Assembly: GCA_052389415.1 (NCBI GenBank)
Contig: JBQTHX010000055.1
Coordinates: forward strand, 31,714-95,713
Length of the DNA: 64,000 nucleotides
Direction: 5' to 3'
Origin: Nitrosopumilaceae archaeon
Lineage (GTDB): Archaea; Thermoproteota; Nitrososphaeria; Nitrososphaerales; Nitrosopumilaceae
A program made the position numbers and the translations under genes. The first letter of the stretch is position 1, and the number at the start of each line of letters is the position of its first letter. The notes below the pieces were generated by a model, which saw only the letters and a list, made by a program, of their open reading frames with translations, did not search any database and had not been told where the DNA came from. This document shows positions 1 through 9,144 of this stretch, piece after piece.

Positions 1-370
1 AAATCTCGTTTTTCATTTCCTCTCCGTCTTCAAGAACAAAGAGTTGCTCAAATTTGGGGCTTGAAATAGCAAAATTACCCGTGAATTTATACAGCCCAAA
101 AGGGATAGCTAATTCTGCAAAACCAGGTTTGTCATTTGTATCGAGATTTAGAAGTAAACCGCCATAATCGTTTACAGTGATTTTTGTTATATTTCCATTT
201 GTCATAACATAAGGAATAGTGTATTCTTTACCATCATGGATCAACTTGAAAATCTTAACATGTGGGTTTTCTTCAGGAGTTTGTCCATAAATTGTGTTCA
301 GACTAAAAGCAAGTATGTAGAGCGAAAACGCGACAATGATGTGCGTTCCATCAATTGTATTCAGATTCAT
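1..370 (-). CDS. Secreted thaumarchaeal surface protein (PEFG-CTERM-associated-type domain), runs off the window's left edge
   Basis: Not in the ORF track. Manual translation from ATG at 370 gives MNLNTIDGTHIIVAFSLYILAFSLNTIYGQ...YTIPYVMTNGNITKITVND...LAIP...LFVLEDGEE: a signal peptide plus the same domain as 46182..46589. Confidence 0.7.
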   Translation of the reverse strand, partial: MNLNTIDGTHIIVAFSLYILAFSLNTIYGQTPEENPHVKIFKLIHDGKEYTIPYVMTNGNITKITVNDYGGLLLNLDTNDKPGFAELAIPFGLYKFTGNFAISSPKFEQLFVLEDGEEMKNEI

Positions 371-629
371 TTAGATTGATTGAAAATGCTTGACTTATTT
401 CAGTTTGTATCATCAACCATATAACAAGTAATAAGAATTCAATTATTTTCATTTTAGATACGAATTGTTCCAAAAATTTACACATGGTAGTTGTGTATGC
501 GTAACTAAAATATTCTGAAATGAATTCAGTATGGTTTGAATCCTGTAGGACCCAGCCACAAGTCATCTGATTATATTTCGTACCTTCCCTTCTTTATGAC
601 ATATAGAAGTATCCTAGTAGTATCCACAA

Positions 630-896
630 ATGATAGTAATTTCAGTATCAAAACGATGGTATCATCCACGATCAGAGATAAGAGAACATGGAAAAAATGG
701 TGCAAAGAAACGATGGTTTGTATTTTATTTCAATGAAGAAGAAAAATTGAGAACAAAAAGGATACAATGGTATCAGGTATGGTGGTACAAACTACAAACG
801 ACCCACAAAAAAAGAATGATCTGCATTCGATGCGGTAACAAATTTTTAGTCTATGTTCGTAATCTCAAGCAGGTTATAGAATGTCCTTACTGTTGA
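630..896 (+). CDS. Small basic protein with C-terminal Zn ribbon (CxxC...CPYC)
   Basis: ORF track; CIRC and CPYC motifs; aromatic/basic N-terminal part. Confidence 0.55.
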   Translation: MIVISVSKRWYHPRSEIREHGKNGAKKRWFVFYFNEEEKLRTKRIQWYQVWWYKLQTTHKKRMICIRCGNKFLVYVRNLKQVIECPYC

Positions 897-1321
897 ATCA
901 GAGTTTTTCTCTTCAAGTTTCCTATGACTTGAGGAAAAAGGTATTTTGTAATATCAATATCATTTTCCTTGTAAGCAGGGTAAGGAGTGTTGACGTACTG
1001 ACGAATTCTGCATTTTTTTGATCTAGAATGAGTAAAAGTTAACCAAAATTCTGGCATTCTTGGTATTCTTGTAGATTCTTTTACTTTGATAACTTTGAAC
1101 CCTGTCGGATCATTCTCGATTTGTTTGACTATTGTTTCAAGTTCAGCAGATGATCTAGCATAACATTCCCATGTAGTTTGTGCCTTTACTAAATTCGGAT
1201 TATTAATTTCAACGGTAATGGAATAGACAAATGGAATCTTGACATCATACAGTCTGAATTCTGTTTCTTTTTCAAATGCAATTGTAGCTTCGGTGAAAGT
1301 GTTTTTTGGTTTTCTTCCCAC
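887..1321 (-). CDS. Hypothetical protein (element-associated)
   Basis: 144-aa ORF divergent from the integrase; no recognisable motif. Confidence 0.55.
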   Translation of the reverse strand: MGRKPKNTFTEATIAFEKETEFRLYDVKIPFVYSITVEINNPNLVKAQTTWECYARSSAELETIVKQIENDPTGFKVIKVKESTRIPRMPEFWLTFTHSRSKKCRIRQYVNTPYPAYKENDIDITKYLFPQVIGNLKRKTLIQQ

Positions 1322-1374
1322 TGGTATAGTGTACCTTCACTTGTATAAAATCCCTAAATTCCATAGTTAAGGAA

Positions 1375-2664
1375 ATGGTAACTAAAACCGAAGACAATTC
1401 AGAAATGATGAAAAGGGTAAATACTATAAATTCACACTGTAAATTCGATGAGGACTGCATAGTGCAGTCTGATGTGGGAAACAAAATGGCAAATATGAAA
1501 CGTAATCAACCTGCCAAAACACTACTTTCAACAGACCCAGATCTTAGAAGATGGTATGACAACCTTGCGCGCGGTAGCCAGCTTACAGCAGACGTACGAC
1601 TAAGACGATTGGTCCACTTTTGCAAAAAACATGATACCACTCCCTTAGATCTTGCCAAGCTTGCACAAAGTAACATTCGAGATGTTACTGATCTTATAGA
1701 AGACCATGTAACATGGATGGAAGAGCAGCAATTTTCACCAGGCTATGTAGAGGACACGATAAAATCTGTCAAGTCATGGCTGCGACACTTTGAGGTCGAG
1801 ATAAAAAGAAGAATCAAGATTTCAAACATTGACAGCACACCGACACTACAAAACGAGCGAGTACCTAATGAAGAAGAGATCTCTGAGATGTTAAACAGAA
1901 CATCGTTAAGAGAATCTGTTATCATTTCTCTGATTGCAAAATCAGGACTACGACCACAAGTGATAGGAAATTACAACGGCACAGATGGATTGAAGATAGG
2001 AGATCTGCCTGACCTTGTAATAGAAGAAAAAGAAGCTAGATTTCTCCAAGAACCTCCAAGAGTTGTAGTTAGAAGAACTATCTCAAAAGCAAGACACCAA
2101 TACTTCACCTTCCTTACGTCTAGTGCAACAAGAAAAGTTCTAGCATATCTCAACGACAGAATCTCACGTGGTGAGAAATTGTCAAGAGACTCGTCCCTTG
2201 TATCTCCCGAAACAAGATATCGATACGGACGAGGAAAGAATGCAGACAAAAAGTATCTTCCAACCCAACGAATTTCACACCTTGTCAGAAAAGTGTTCAG
2301 ACCAAGATTCAGCTGGAGGCCTTATGTGCTTAGAGCATACTTTGATACACAGCTATTGATGGCAGAATCCAGAGGAAAGATCGCCCATGATTTTAGAACA
2401 TTTTTCATGGGTCACAAGGGAACAATAGAAGCAAGATACACAACAAACAAGGGAATAATTCCTGAAACTTTGTTACGTGAAATGCAAAACGCATTCAAAC
2501 GAAGCGAGGAATTCCTAGACCTTGATCTTGTGATCACAGAAAGAGAGAAAGTAAAAACAGATGACATCATAAACAATGTTATTCAAAATGCAACTGCAGC
2601 TGATCTTGCAAACATGCAAAAACTTCTTCAGAGCTGGGCAAACGAAATACTATCAAGAAGATGA
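1375..2664 (+). CDS. Tyrosine recombinase/integrase (true start may be ATG at 1486)
   Basis: SGLRP (catalytic R), PYVLRAYF (HxxR variant YxxR), FFMGH, RY (catalytic Tyr); adjacent to a tRNA. Confidence 0.9.
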   Translation: MVTKTEDNSEMMKRVNTINSHCKFDEDCIVQSDVGNKMANMKRNQPAKTLLSTDPDLRRWYDNLARGSQLTADVRLRRLVHFCKKHDTTPLDLAKLAQSNIRDVTDLIEDHVTWMEEQQFSPGYVEDTIKSVKSWLRHFEVEIKRRIKISNIDSTPTLQNERVPNEEEISEMLNRTSLRESVIISLIAKSGLRPQVIGNYNGTDGLKIGDLPDLVIEEKEARFLQEPPRVVVRRTISKARHQYFTFLTSSATRKVLAYLNDRISRGEKLSRDSSLVSPETRYRYGRGKNADKKYLPTQRISHLVRKVFRPRFSWRPYVLRAYFDTQLLMAESRGKIAHDFRTFFMGHKGTIEARYTTNKGIIPETLLREMQNAFKRSEEFLDLDLVITEREKVKTDDIINNVIQNATAADLANMQKLLQSWANEILSRR

Positions 2665-2723
2665 TTCTGATCAAAACTAGAAAATTCTGAATTTTTGACT
2701 GGGTTCCAAACGGTATGTAGGAG

Positions 2724-2797
2724 TGGACCGGGTGGGATTTGAACCCACGATCTCACCCATGCCAAGGGCGTATCCTACCAGACTAGACGACCGGCCC
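2724..2797 (-). tRNA. tRNA-Ala(GGC)
   Basis: Reverse complement GGGCCGG...CGCCC-TTGGCAT-GGGTG...GTTCAAATC...CCGGTCCA folds as a cloverleaf; anticodon GGC. Confidence 0.95.
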
Positions 2798-2932
2798 AAA
2801 TTTTTTATCAGAACATCTCTCTGATTTGCATTAACTTTTTTTGAGCTGTTATTAACGTTTAGCTGCATTTAGAAAATTTTTCTTGATTAAAATAGCATAA
2901 GATATTTAACTATCAATCATGACACATTTCGC

Positions 2933-3772
2933 GTGGTCGTCGATAATAAAGCGACTTTAACATATATTCAAGTACAAAAAGAAGATCTTGCAATTTTCAG
3001 AATAAAACCAGTGGAAGGACCAATTCCAGAATACAAAGCAGGTCAATTCATTACAATAGGTATGCATGTACCAAGTGAAAACAAGATTATTCGTAGAGCA
3101 TACTCTATTGCTTCAAATCCGGAAAACAGAAAATATATCGAATTATACATAAGATGGGTACGAAAACCTTTACCTGGTCGTCTTACTACGCAACTTTTTA
3201 GTGCAAAAGAGGGAGATGAGATAGTTTGGATAAAACCGACTGGTGCTTTTACACTTGATGATAAAAAGGCCGATGGTTCAGATGACGATAGAAGAATAGT
3301 CTGCTTGGGAGGAGGTACTGGTTTAGCTCCTTTCGTCAGTCTTGCTCAATCTTTACATGCTGCTGGAAGCAAACGTGAATTAGTAATATTACACGGAGCA
3401 AGCTATGTCGATGAACTTGGTTACAAAGACCTTTTGACTGATTTAGAAAATGAGAGTCTAGATAGAGGCAAGGACAAATGGAATTTCAGATATAGGGCCA
3501 CAATTAGTAGACCTCAAGAATGGTTTAACAGATCATGGAGTGGACAAGTAGGCAGGGTGGAAACTTTTCTTAGATCAAAAGATGGTGATCAGTCGCCTCT
3601 TGAAAAATTGGTAGGTGAGAAAATCACGAATGAAAACACAGTATTTCTAATTTGCGGCTGGCAAGGAACTATCGATGGTTGTATGGATTATCTTGGACCA
3701 AAAGGTTTTGTTACAGAAAGAAATAAACGACCAGACAAGAGTTTTGAAATAAAATACGAATCATACGGATAA
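2933..3772 (+). CDS. Ferredoxin-NADP+ reductase family FAD/NAD(P) oxidoreductase
   Basis: RRAYSIAS FAD-binding motif, GGGTGLAPF, ICG, C-terminal YESYG. Confidence 0.88.
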   Translation: MVVDNKATLTYIQVQKEDLAIFRIKPVEGPIPEYKAGQFITIGMHVPSENKIIRRAYSIASNPENRKYIELYIRWVRKPLPGRLTTQLFSAKEGDEIVWIKPTGAFTLDDKKADGSDDDRRIVCLGGGTGLAPFVSLAQSLHAAGSKRELVILHGASYVDELGYKDLLTDLENESLDRGKDKWNFRYRATISRPQEWFNRSWSGQVGRVETFLRSKDGDQSPLEKLVGEKITNENTVFLICGWQGTIDGCMDYLGPKGFVTERNKRPDKSFEIKYESYG

Positions 3773-3819
3773 GAATCTCTTTTGAAAAGATAATATTGTA
3801 TAGATAGAGGCTGATCTAC

Positions 3820-3893
3820 GGGGACGTAGGTCAGCTTGGCAGACTGCCAGCCTCGGGCGCTGGATGTCGTGGGTTCAAGTCCCATCGTCCCCA
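3820..3893 (+). tRNA. tRNA-Pro(CGG)
   Basis: GGGGACG...CCAGC-CTCGGGC-GCTGG...GTTCAAGTC...CGTCCCCA. Confidence 0.95.
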
Positions 3894-3906
3894 GTTGATA
3901 AAAAAC

Positions 3907-4515
3907 TTACTTTGTTATTGAAATCGTTTCAGTTTCTATACATGCATTTCTTGGACTAGGAGTACCCATGTATCTGCCATAAACACATAGTTTTCCTTCT
4001 TCCGCGTCAGCTGAAATCCAAATCTGATGAGACCCCCTCATTGGAGATTCTCGTTTTGCGTTATTACCGGTATATTTGGGATCTTTAAGACTGAGTGTCT
4101 TTCCGATAAAATGCACATGCGATTCATCAGAGTCTCCAGCAAATGGATTTCCTTTGCCGCTTACTAGATTGACTGCTTTCCAACTTCCAGTTATTTCTCG
4201 GCTACCAACAGAAATAGAATATTTTCCCCACCCAGAAATCTTTCCTTCTTCTGGGTCGTATACACCATGACCGGATATCGTGATAGTTCCTCTTTTTACC
4301 TTGATTGCAGTATTATCAATTTGGAAATAGTGTGGATTTGAGATTTCTATTTGCTCCATATGTCTCATTTTTTCAATGCTCTTATTAGAGGACATACTTT
4401 TCATCGATGTTTTATCTTTCATTGACATCTGCTCGCCAGGCATTGCAAAACTAGAGGCAACTGGAATTAGTAGTACCGGTATAATTGATAATGCGAGAAG
4501 CATTTTGTGATTCAA
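3907..4515 (-). CDS. Secreted protein with Met-rich N-terminus
   Basis: Signal peptide followed by MPGEQMSMKDKTSMKSMS; two Cys near the C-terminus. Confidence 0.7.
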   Translation of the reverse strand: MNHKMLLALSIIPVLLIPVASSFAMPGEQMSMKDKTSMKSMSSNKSIEKMRHMEQIEISNPHYFQIDNTAIKVKRGTITISGHGVYDPEEGKISGWGKYSISVGSREITGSWKAVNLVSGKGNPFAGDSDESHVHFIGKTLSLKDPKYTGNNAKRESPMRGSHQIWISADAEEGKLCVYGRYMGTPSPRNACIETETISITK

Positions 4516-4684
4516 TTTCTGTACACAATCCAGACGTTGTAATTTATTAGTCTTGTGTACAAATTATCTGCTGTTACAATCATTCATCAAAACAGGGTTT
4601 TTACGAATCACCACATAAATCCAATATTTTTAAAATAATTGTGTTAAGCATTGAAATATACGGGATTTTTAATATGAAATACGA

Positions 4685-5290
4685 TTGGCAGTTGCTATAT
4701 ATCTGGCACATCTGAATCCTGTGACAAAGGCCCATGTTGAAATTATCGAACATCTAAAAAGAACCAATTCAGTCAGAGTTTATCCTGTAATATTTAGTTT
4801 TAAAGGAAAGGAAATAAACAGTAAAAGTTTTCCTTTCACTTTCGAATTGCGTAAAAATATGCTTCATTCTGTTTTTGGGGATTCGATCTCAATTCAATCA
4901 AGCTATTCATTCTCTGCACCTTTCATTAAATACATGCCACCGCTATTTTCTCCTTTTTCATGGAGAATAAAAAAACAGATTCTGGAAGGTGTTTCTGATG
5001 ATTATTTTACATATACTGGTGATAAAGCCGAAGGTATAGTACTAAAACTATATGGATTAAAGCCAAGGATAGGAATAAGAAGAACAATCTCAGCCTCGCT
5101 TGTAAAAGAGAAAATGTTCGATGCTGCTCTGGGTAAAGAATCAGATTGGGAAAAGTATGTTCCATCTGAGGTTGTAAAAATAATTCACGAGCATTGGGAT
5201 GTTGTTAAACAATATGCGTCCTCAGATGACTTTACGTATAGATTACTTGGAATGAAATTTCCAAAAAATGGTTTTTGGTTAGAGAAATAG
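4685..5290 (+). CDS. Cytidylyltransferase-like (HIGH/Rossmann) nucleotidyltransferase
   Basis: HLNPVTKAH (HxGH-like), ISASLVK, WEKYVP motifs typical of the NMNAT/PPAT family. Confidence 0.75.
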   Translation: MAVAIYLAHLNPVTKAHVEIIEHLKRTNSVRVYPVIFSFKGKEINSKSFPFTFELRKNMLHSVFGDSISIQSSYSFSAPFIKYMPPLFSPFSWRIKKQILEGVSDDYFTYTGDKAEGIVLKLYGLKPRIGIRRTISASLVKEKMFDAALGKESDWEKYVPSEVVKIIHEHWDVVKQYASSDDFTYRLLGMKFPKNGFWLEK

Positions 5291-5310
5291 ATTAATTATC
5301 GACTATTTCG

Positions 5311-6237
5311 TTGTTTAATATGAAATCTTTTCGTCCAAAATTTGCTTGGTTTGATGGTAAGTTTGTAAGATTGGAAGAAGCAAAGGTACCAGTTATGACA
5401 CATGCTATTCATTATGGAACTTCAGTTTTCGAAGGATTACGTGCGTACTGGAATTCAAAAAACTTGAACATATTCAGATTAGATGATCACATCAAAAGAT
5501 TCAGAAATTCAGGCAAGATATACTCTATTAATTTAAAATTTACAAATAAAGAAATTTCGAATGCCATAATTGATTTATGCAAAAAAAATAATGCAAGCCA
5601 ATCATGCTACATTAGACCGTTTTACTTTGTTGGTGAATATGGAATAAACTTGAATGTGACAATGAAAACCCCAACACACACAGCAATTGTAATGTTTGGA
5701 TTTGGTGATTTATTTAACAAAAATGGAATAAACGTTGGAATTTCATCATGGAGGAGAATTCACGATGTTTCAACACCACCTCTTGCCAAGATGGGAGGCA
5801 ATTATCTTAATTCAATTTTAGCAACTCAAGAAGCAAAAAGAAACGGATATGACGAATCTATTTTGCTTGATCATCTAGGAAATGTAAGCGAGGCTCCTGG
5901 TGAGAACATCTTTATCCTAAGAAGGGGAAATCTCATAACTCCACCATCTAGTTCCTCGGCTTTAGAAGGTATAACAAAAGAATCTGTAATAGAGATCGCT
6001 CGAAAGCAGGGATACGAAGTTATTGAAAGAGAAATGCCGCGCACTGAACTTTATCTTGCAGATGAGGTTTTCCTTACAGGAACTGCTGCAGAAATAACCC
6101 CTGTGATTTCTGTCGACGGGAAAAAGATAGGCGGCGGGATAGTTGGAAATGTGACAAAACAAATCAGTTCAACATATTCAGACATAACAATGGGCAAGAA
6201 TAAGAAATTCTCTCATTGGATGACGGCAGTGTATTAG
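5311..6237 (+). CDS. ilvE: Branched-chain amino acid aminotransferase
   Basis: HYGTSVFEGLRAY, KMGGNY, EAPGENIF, LEGIT, FLTGTAAEITPV. Confidence 0.95.
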   Translation: MFNMKSFRPKFAWFDGKFVRLEEAKVPVMTHAIHYGTSVFEGLRAYWNSKNLNIFRLDDHIKRFRNSGKIYSINLKFTNKEISNAIIDLCKKNNASQSCYIRPFYFVGEYGINLNVTMKTPTHTAIVMFGFGDLFNKNGINVGISSWRRIHDVSTPPLAKMGGNYLNSILATQEAKRNGYDESILLDHLGNVSEAPGENIFILRRGNLITPPSSSSALEGITKESVIEIARKQGYEVIEREMPRTELYLADEVFLTGTAAEITPVISVDGKKIGGGIVGNVTKQISSTYSDITMGKNKKFSHWMTAVY

Positions 6238-7175
6238 GTTTGAAAGTTGTTCAGATAGGAATTGGAGGATGGGGTAAAAACCACGCACGAGTTCTTTCAC
6301 AGTTAGGTGTCTTAACTGCCATTTGTGATAAAGACTACGATAGAGCAAAAGAATTCGGAGCAAAATACTCTGTGAACCACTTTACTTCTTTAGACTTACT
6401 TTTAAAATCAGAAAAATTTGACAGTGCTTTTGTTTGCACACCAACATCTACTCATTTCTCAATAGCATTAACTCTTTTACAACAAAGAAAGAATGTCTTT
6501 GTAGAAAAACCAATGACTTATCTTTCGAATGAGGGCTGTGAACTACATGATCTTGCAATTAGAAACAAAATGATACTCACATGTGGCTATATTGAAAGAT
6601 TCAATCCGGCTGTCTCTCTTGTAAAAGAATATGTAAAATCAAAAAAATATGGCGAGCTTATTATGTTAGAATTCCACAGAGAAAATAGAATGCCGTTACA
6701 TATGAAGGATGTAGGAATAATTCATGATACTTCAGTTCATGATATCGATACTGCAATGTGGCTTTTTGATGATACCCCAGAGGTTGTTTTCGCAAGATCT
6801 GGAAAAATAAAACACGAACATGAAGATTTTGCCAACATAGTACTTGGTTTCAAGAATAACAGAGTTGCAGTTATTTCCTCCAATTGGATAACTCCCACTC
6901 GAGTAAGAAAATTTAAGGCAGTATGTGGAGATGCAATAATATCTTCGGATTTTATTTCACAAGAAGTCAAGATTGAAACAGACGCAGGCATAGAAATTCC
7001 TCAAAAAGATTTTGAAGAACCACTAGTTTTAGAGATAAAGAATTTTCTTATGGCCTGTGAGGGAAAAGAGGATTCGTTGGTGAAACCCAATCAAGCAATA
7101 AACACAACAAAAATTGCTGAAGCGGCACTCTTATCTAGTCATAAAGGGATTCCGATTTATCTAGATCTAAAATGA
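6216..7175 (+). CDS. Gfo/Idh/MocA family oxidoreductase (sugar-nucleotide dehydrogenase-like)
   Basis: GIGGWG Rossmann motif, VEKP, ERFNP, DTSVHDID. Confidence 0.88.
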   Translation: MDDGSVLGLKVVQIGIGGWGKNHARVLSQLGVLTAICDKDYDRAKEFGAKYSVNHFTSLDLLLKSEKFDSAFVCTPTSTHFSIALTLLQQRKNVFVEKPMTYLSNEGCELHDLAIRNKMILTCGYIERFNPAVSLVKEYVKSKKYGELIMLEFHRENRMPLHMKDVGIIHDTSVHDIDTAMWLFDDTPEVVFARSGKIKHEHEDFANIVLGFKNNRVAVISSNWITPTRVRKFKAVCGDAIISSDFISQEVKIETDAGIEIPQKDFEEPLVLEIKNFLMACEGKEDSLVKPNQAINTTKIAEAALLSSHKGIPIYLDLK

Positions 7176-7441
7176 ATAGGAAAATGCTTGAGATACTTGC
7201 TTGTCCAATTGATAAGCATTTCCCGTTAGAGATTTTTGAATCAGATTCCAAAGACCAAATAATTTTAGAAGGAGCTATGTATTGCGCAAAGTGTTCCAGA
7301 TTCTATCCCATTATTGAAGAGATTCCAATAATGTTGCCTGATGAGCTAAGAGATAAGTATCACGATATAGAATTTTTAAAGAAAAATCAGTCTTCTTTTC
7401 CAGAAAAAATAACTAAACAGGCAGCTCCTTGGCATTTGTGA
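7172..7441 (+). CDS. Trm112 family protein
   Basis: LACPIDK...CAKCSRFYPIIEEIPIML. Confidence 0.9.
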   Translation: MNRKMLEILACPIDKHFPLEIFESDSKDQIILEGAMYCAKCSRFYPIIEEIPIMLPDELRDKYHDIEFLKKNQSSFPEKITKQAAPWHL

Positions 7442-7923
7442 ATGATTTGGTAACAAATTTTATTTCAGAAAAAGCAAAGATTGGAAAAAATGTTCGTATA
7501 TGGCACTTTGCTTATGTTGGGGATAACACGGAGATAGGAGATAATGTAAAAATAGGCTCACTTTCACACATTGACTATAACGTGAAGATAGGAGAAAATA
7601 CGATGATTGAAGGTTTAGTTTACATCCCACCACTGTGTCGAATAGGAAAGAATGTTTTCATTGGACCATCTGCAGCATTGACAAATGATCCCTATCCAGC
7701 CAGCAGAAAGCTTGCTGGTATAACAGTAGAAGATAATGTCATCATAGGCTCACGTGCAGTTCTCAAAGCAGGTATAACAGTAGGTAAAAACAGTGTAATA
7801 GCAATGGGAGCAGTTGTCATAAAGGATGTACCTCCAGATGTAGTAGTGATAGGTGTTCCAGCAACAATTAGATACTCACGCCAAGAGTATGATGAAAAGA
7901 AGAAAAATTGGGAACTTAGTTAG
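7429..7923 (+). CDS. Hexapeptide-repeat acyltransferase (WbpD-like)
   Basis: IWHF, repeated IG-x-N hexapeptides, TNDPYP, GVPA. Confidence 0.88.
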   Translation: MAFVNDLVTNFISEKAKIGKNVRIWHFAYVGDNTEIGDNVKIGSLSHIDYNVKIGENTMIEGLVYIPPLCRIGKNVFIGPSAALTNDPYPASRKLAGITVEDNVIIGSRAVLKAGITVGKNSVIAMGAVVIKDVPPDVVVIGVPATIRYSRQEYDEKKKNWELS

Positions 7924-8158
7924 TTATTTTTCTATGAAAGATCCAGTTTTTTATCTTTGTAAGCACGTAAATCCAGATAATTACTAAAATTATTGCAATT
8001 GCAGCTTTACCAAGAGAGGCATGATTTACTTCCAATGTGCCAATTGTAACAAATCCTTGAATTGATATCATTGATGATAGTACAACCAATAATCCGCCTC
8101 CAACAATAATTAAGATCCACATTATAAAGATAAAAGAGAATATTTCATAGTTTTTCAT
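7916..8158 (-). CDS. Small two-TM membrane protein
   Basis: Two hydrophobic segments; last gene of an overlapping operon. Confidence 0.7.
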   Translation of the reverse strand: MKNYEIFSFIFIMWILIIVGGGLLVVLSSMISIQGFVTIGTLEVNHASLGKAAIAIILVIIWIYVLTKIKNWIFHRKITN

Positions 8159-9144
8159 ATTCTAATTTCCATCATTATTGCAGTGATAATTGCAAGTACT
8201 CCAGAAAATAATGCAAGTTTAAAAATAACTTTTGTAATTTGTTGTTCAGTCATCGGACCAGCTGAAAGAATTAAACGAAGAAGTGTAACCGGTGCGTCTT
8301 TTTCCTGTGTAGCCACAAGTTTAAAATCAGATGTAACGGCCGTTGGGTTTTTTATTTGCCTGTGTTCTACTATACGTTTTACACTTGATAAGAACAAAAA
8401 TGAATTTACAACAGCGGGTAAAAGTGCTATTGCAGCAACAATTTCTACATGACCAAGAATTGCTATTACACCATACATTGCACCAAGAGTCAAGGAACCT
8501 GAATCACCTGGAAATATTTTGCTAGGAAATTTGTGATATTTGTAAAAAGCTAGTGAAACACATCCAAGTGAAAGACTAGCAATTGCAATTTCGTAGTTTT
8601 GCGTTATGAATAGAGATATGCTCAGAGAGAAACTTGCAATGGTCATGAAACCACTTGCAACTCCATTTAAAACATCGATTGAGTTGATAGTGTTTCCGGT
8701 TATTGGAATGATTAACAAAATTAATGCTAAATAAAGAACGGGGATTTTAAATGTGCCAAAAAGTGGGAATATCAAGTCCGTATCATAAGCCCCCAACAAG
8801 ATAATTGGGATAGCCGAAAAAGCCAAACCTAGTGGTTTGAACCAGCCACCTAGAGACTTTTTATCGTCTATTATTCCTACTACAAAAGCAAGAATAGTAG
8901 TAACCATAATTGTAATTATTGCAGTCGTAGGAAAAAATGAATATAAGACTAATTCTGATGCAATAATTCCAATTAATATAGATGGACCGCCAGGTCTTGG
9001 TACCATTGTTCCATCTTTTCTATGATAATCTTTTACCACGAGGTTTCTTTTTTGTAGAACCTGTATTAGGAATGGAGTAATAAAATAAACTGAAAAAAAT
9101 GATACGATTGAAGTTATTATTGCTGGGATTATCTGTTCAAGCAT
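8155..9144 (-). CDS. MraY/GPT family UDP-GlcNAc:dolichol-phosphate GlcNAc-1-P transferase (AglH-like)
   Basis: PRPGG, GIIDD, NTINSIDVLNG, IFPGDSG; multiple TM segments. Confidence 0.88.
   Translation of the reverse strand: MLEQIIPAIITSIVSFFSVYFITPFLIQVLQKRNLVVKDYHRKDGTMVPRPGGPSILIGIIASELVLYSFFPTTAIITIMVTTILAFVVGIIDDKKSLGGWFKPLGLAFSAIPIILLGAYDTDLIFPLFGTFKIPVLYLALILLIIPITGNTINSIDVLNGVASGFMTIASFSLSISLFITQNYEIAIASLSLGCVSLAFYKYHKFPSKIFPGDSGSLTLGAMYGVIAILGHVEIVAAIALLPAVVNSFLFLSSVKRIVEHRQIKNPTAVTSDFKLVATQEKDAPVTLLRLILSAGPMTEQQITKVIFKLALFSGVLAIITAIMMEIRI

Larger units (their letters stand above)
1..2723. mobile_element. Right-hand part of an integrated element at the tRNA-Ala(GGC) 3' end; the other boundary lies outside the window
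   Basis: Tyrosine integrase ends ~60 bp from the tRNA 3' end and is flanked by orphan ORFs; no second att copy seen in 1-2700. Confidence 0.65.

Noticed and set aside
2695-2710. GGAACCCAG word near tRNA-Ala(GGC) as another copy of the arm motif
   Set aside because: Only a short partial match, lacking the TGAAC half and in the opposite orientation relative to the tRNA.
2677-2868. ORFs overlapping tRNAs (also 3688-3885)
   Set aside because: Spurious translations of the tRNA-Ala and tRNA-Pro genes.
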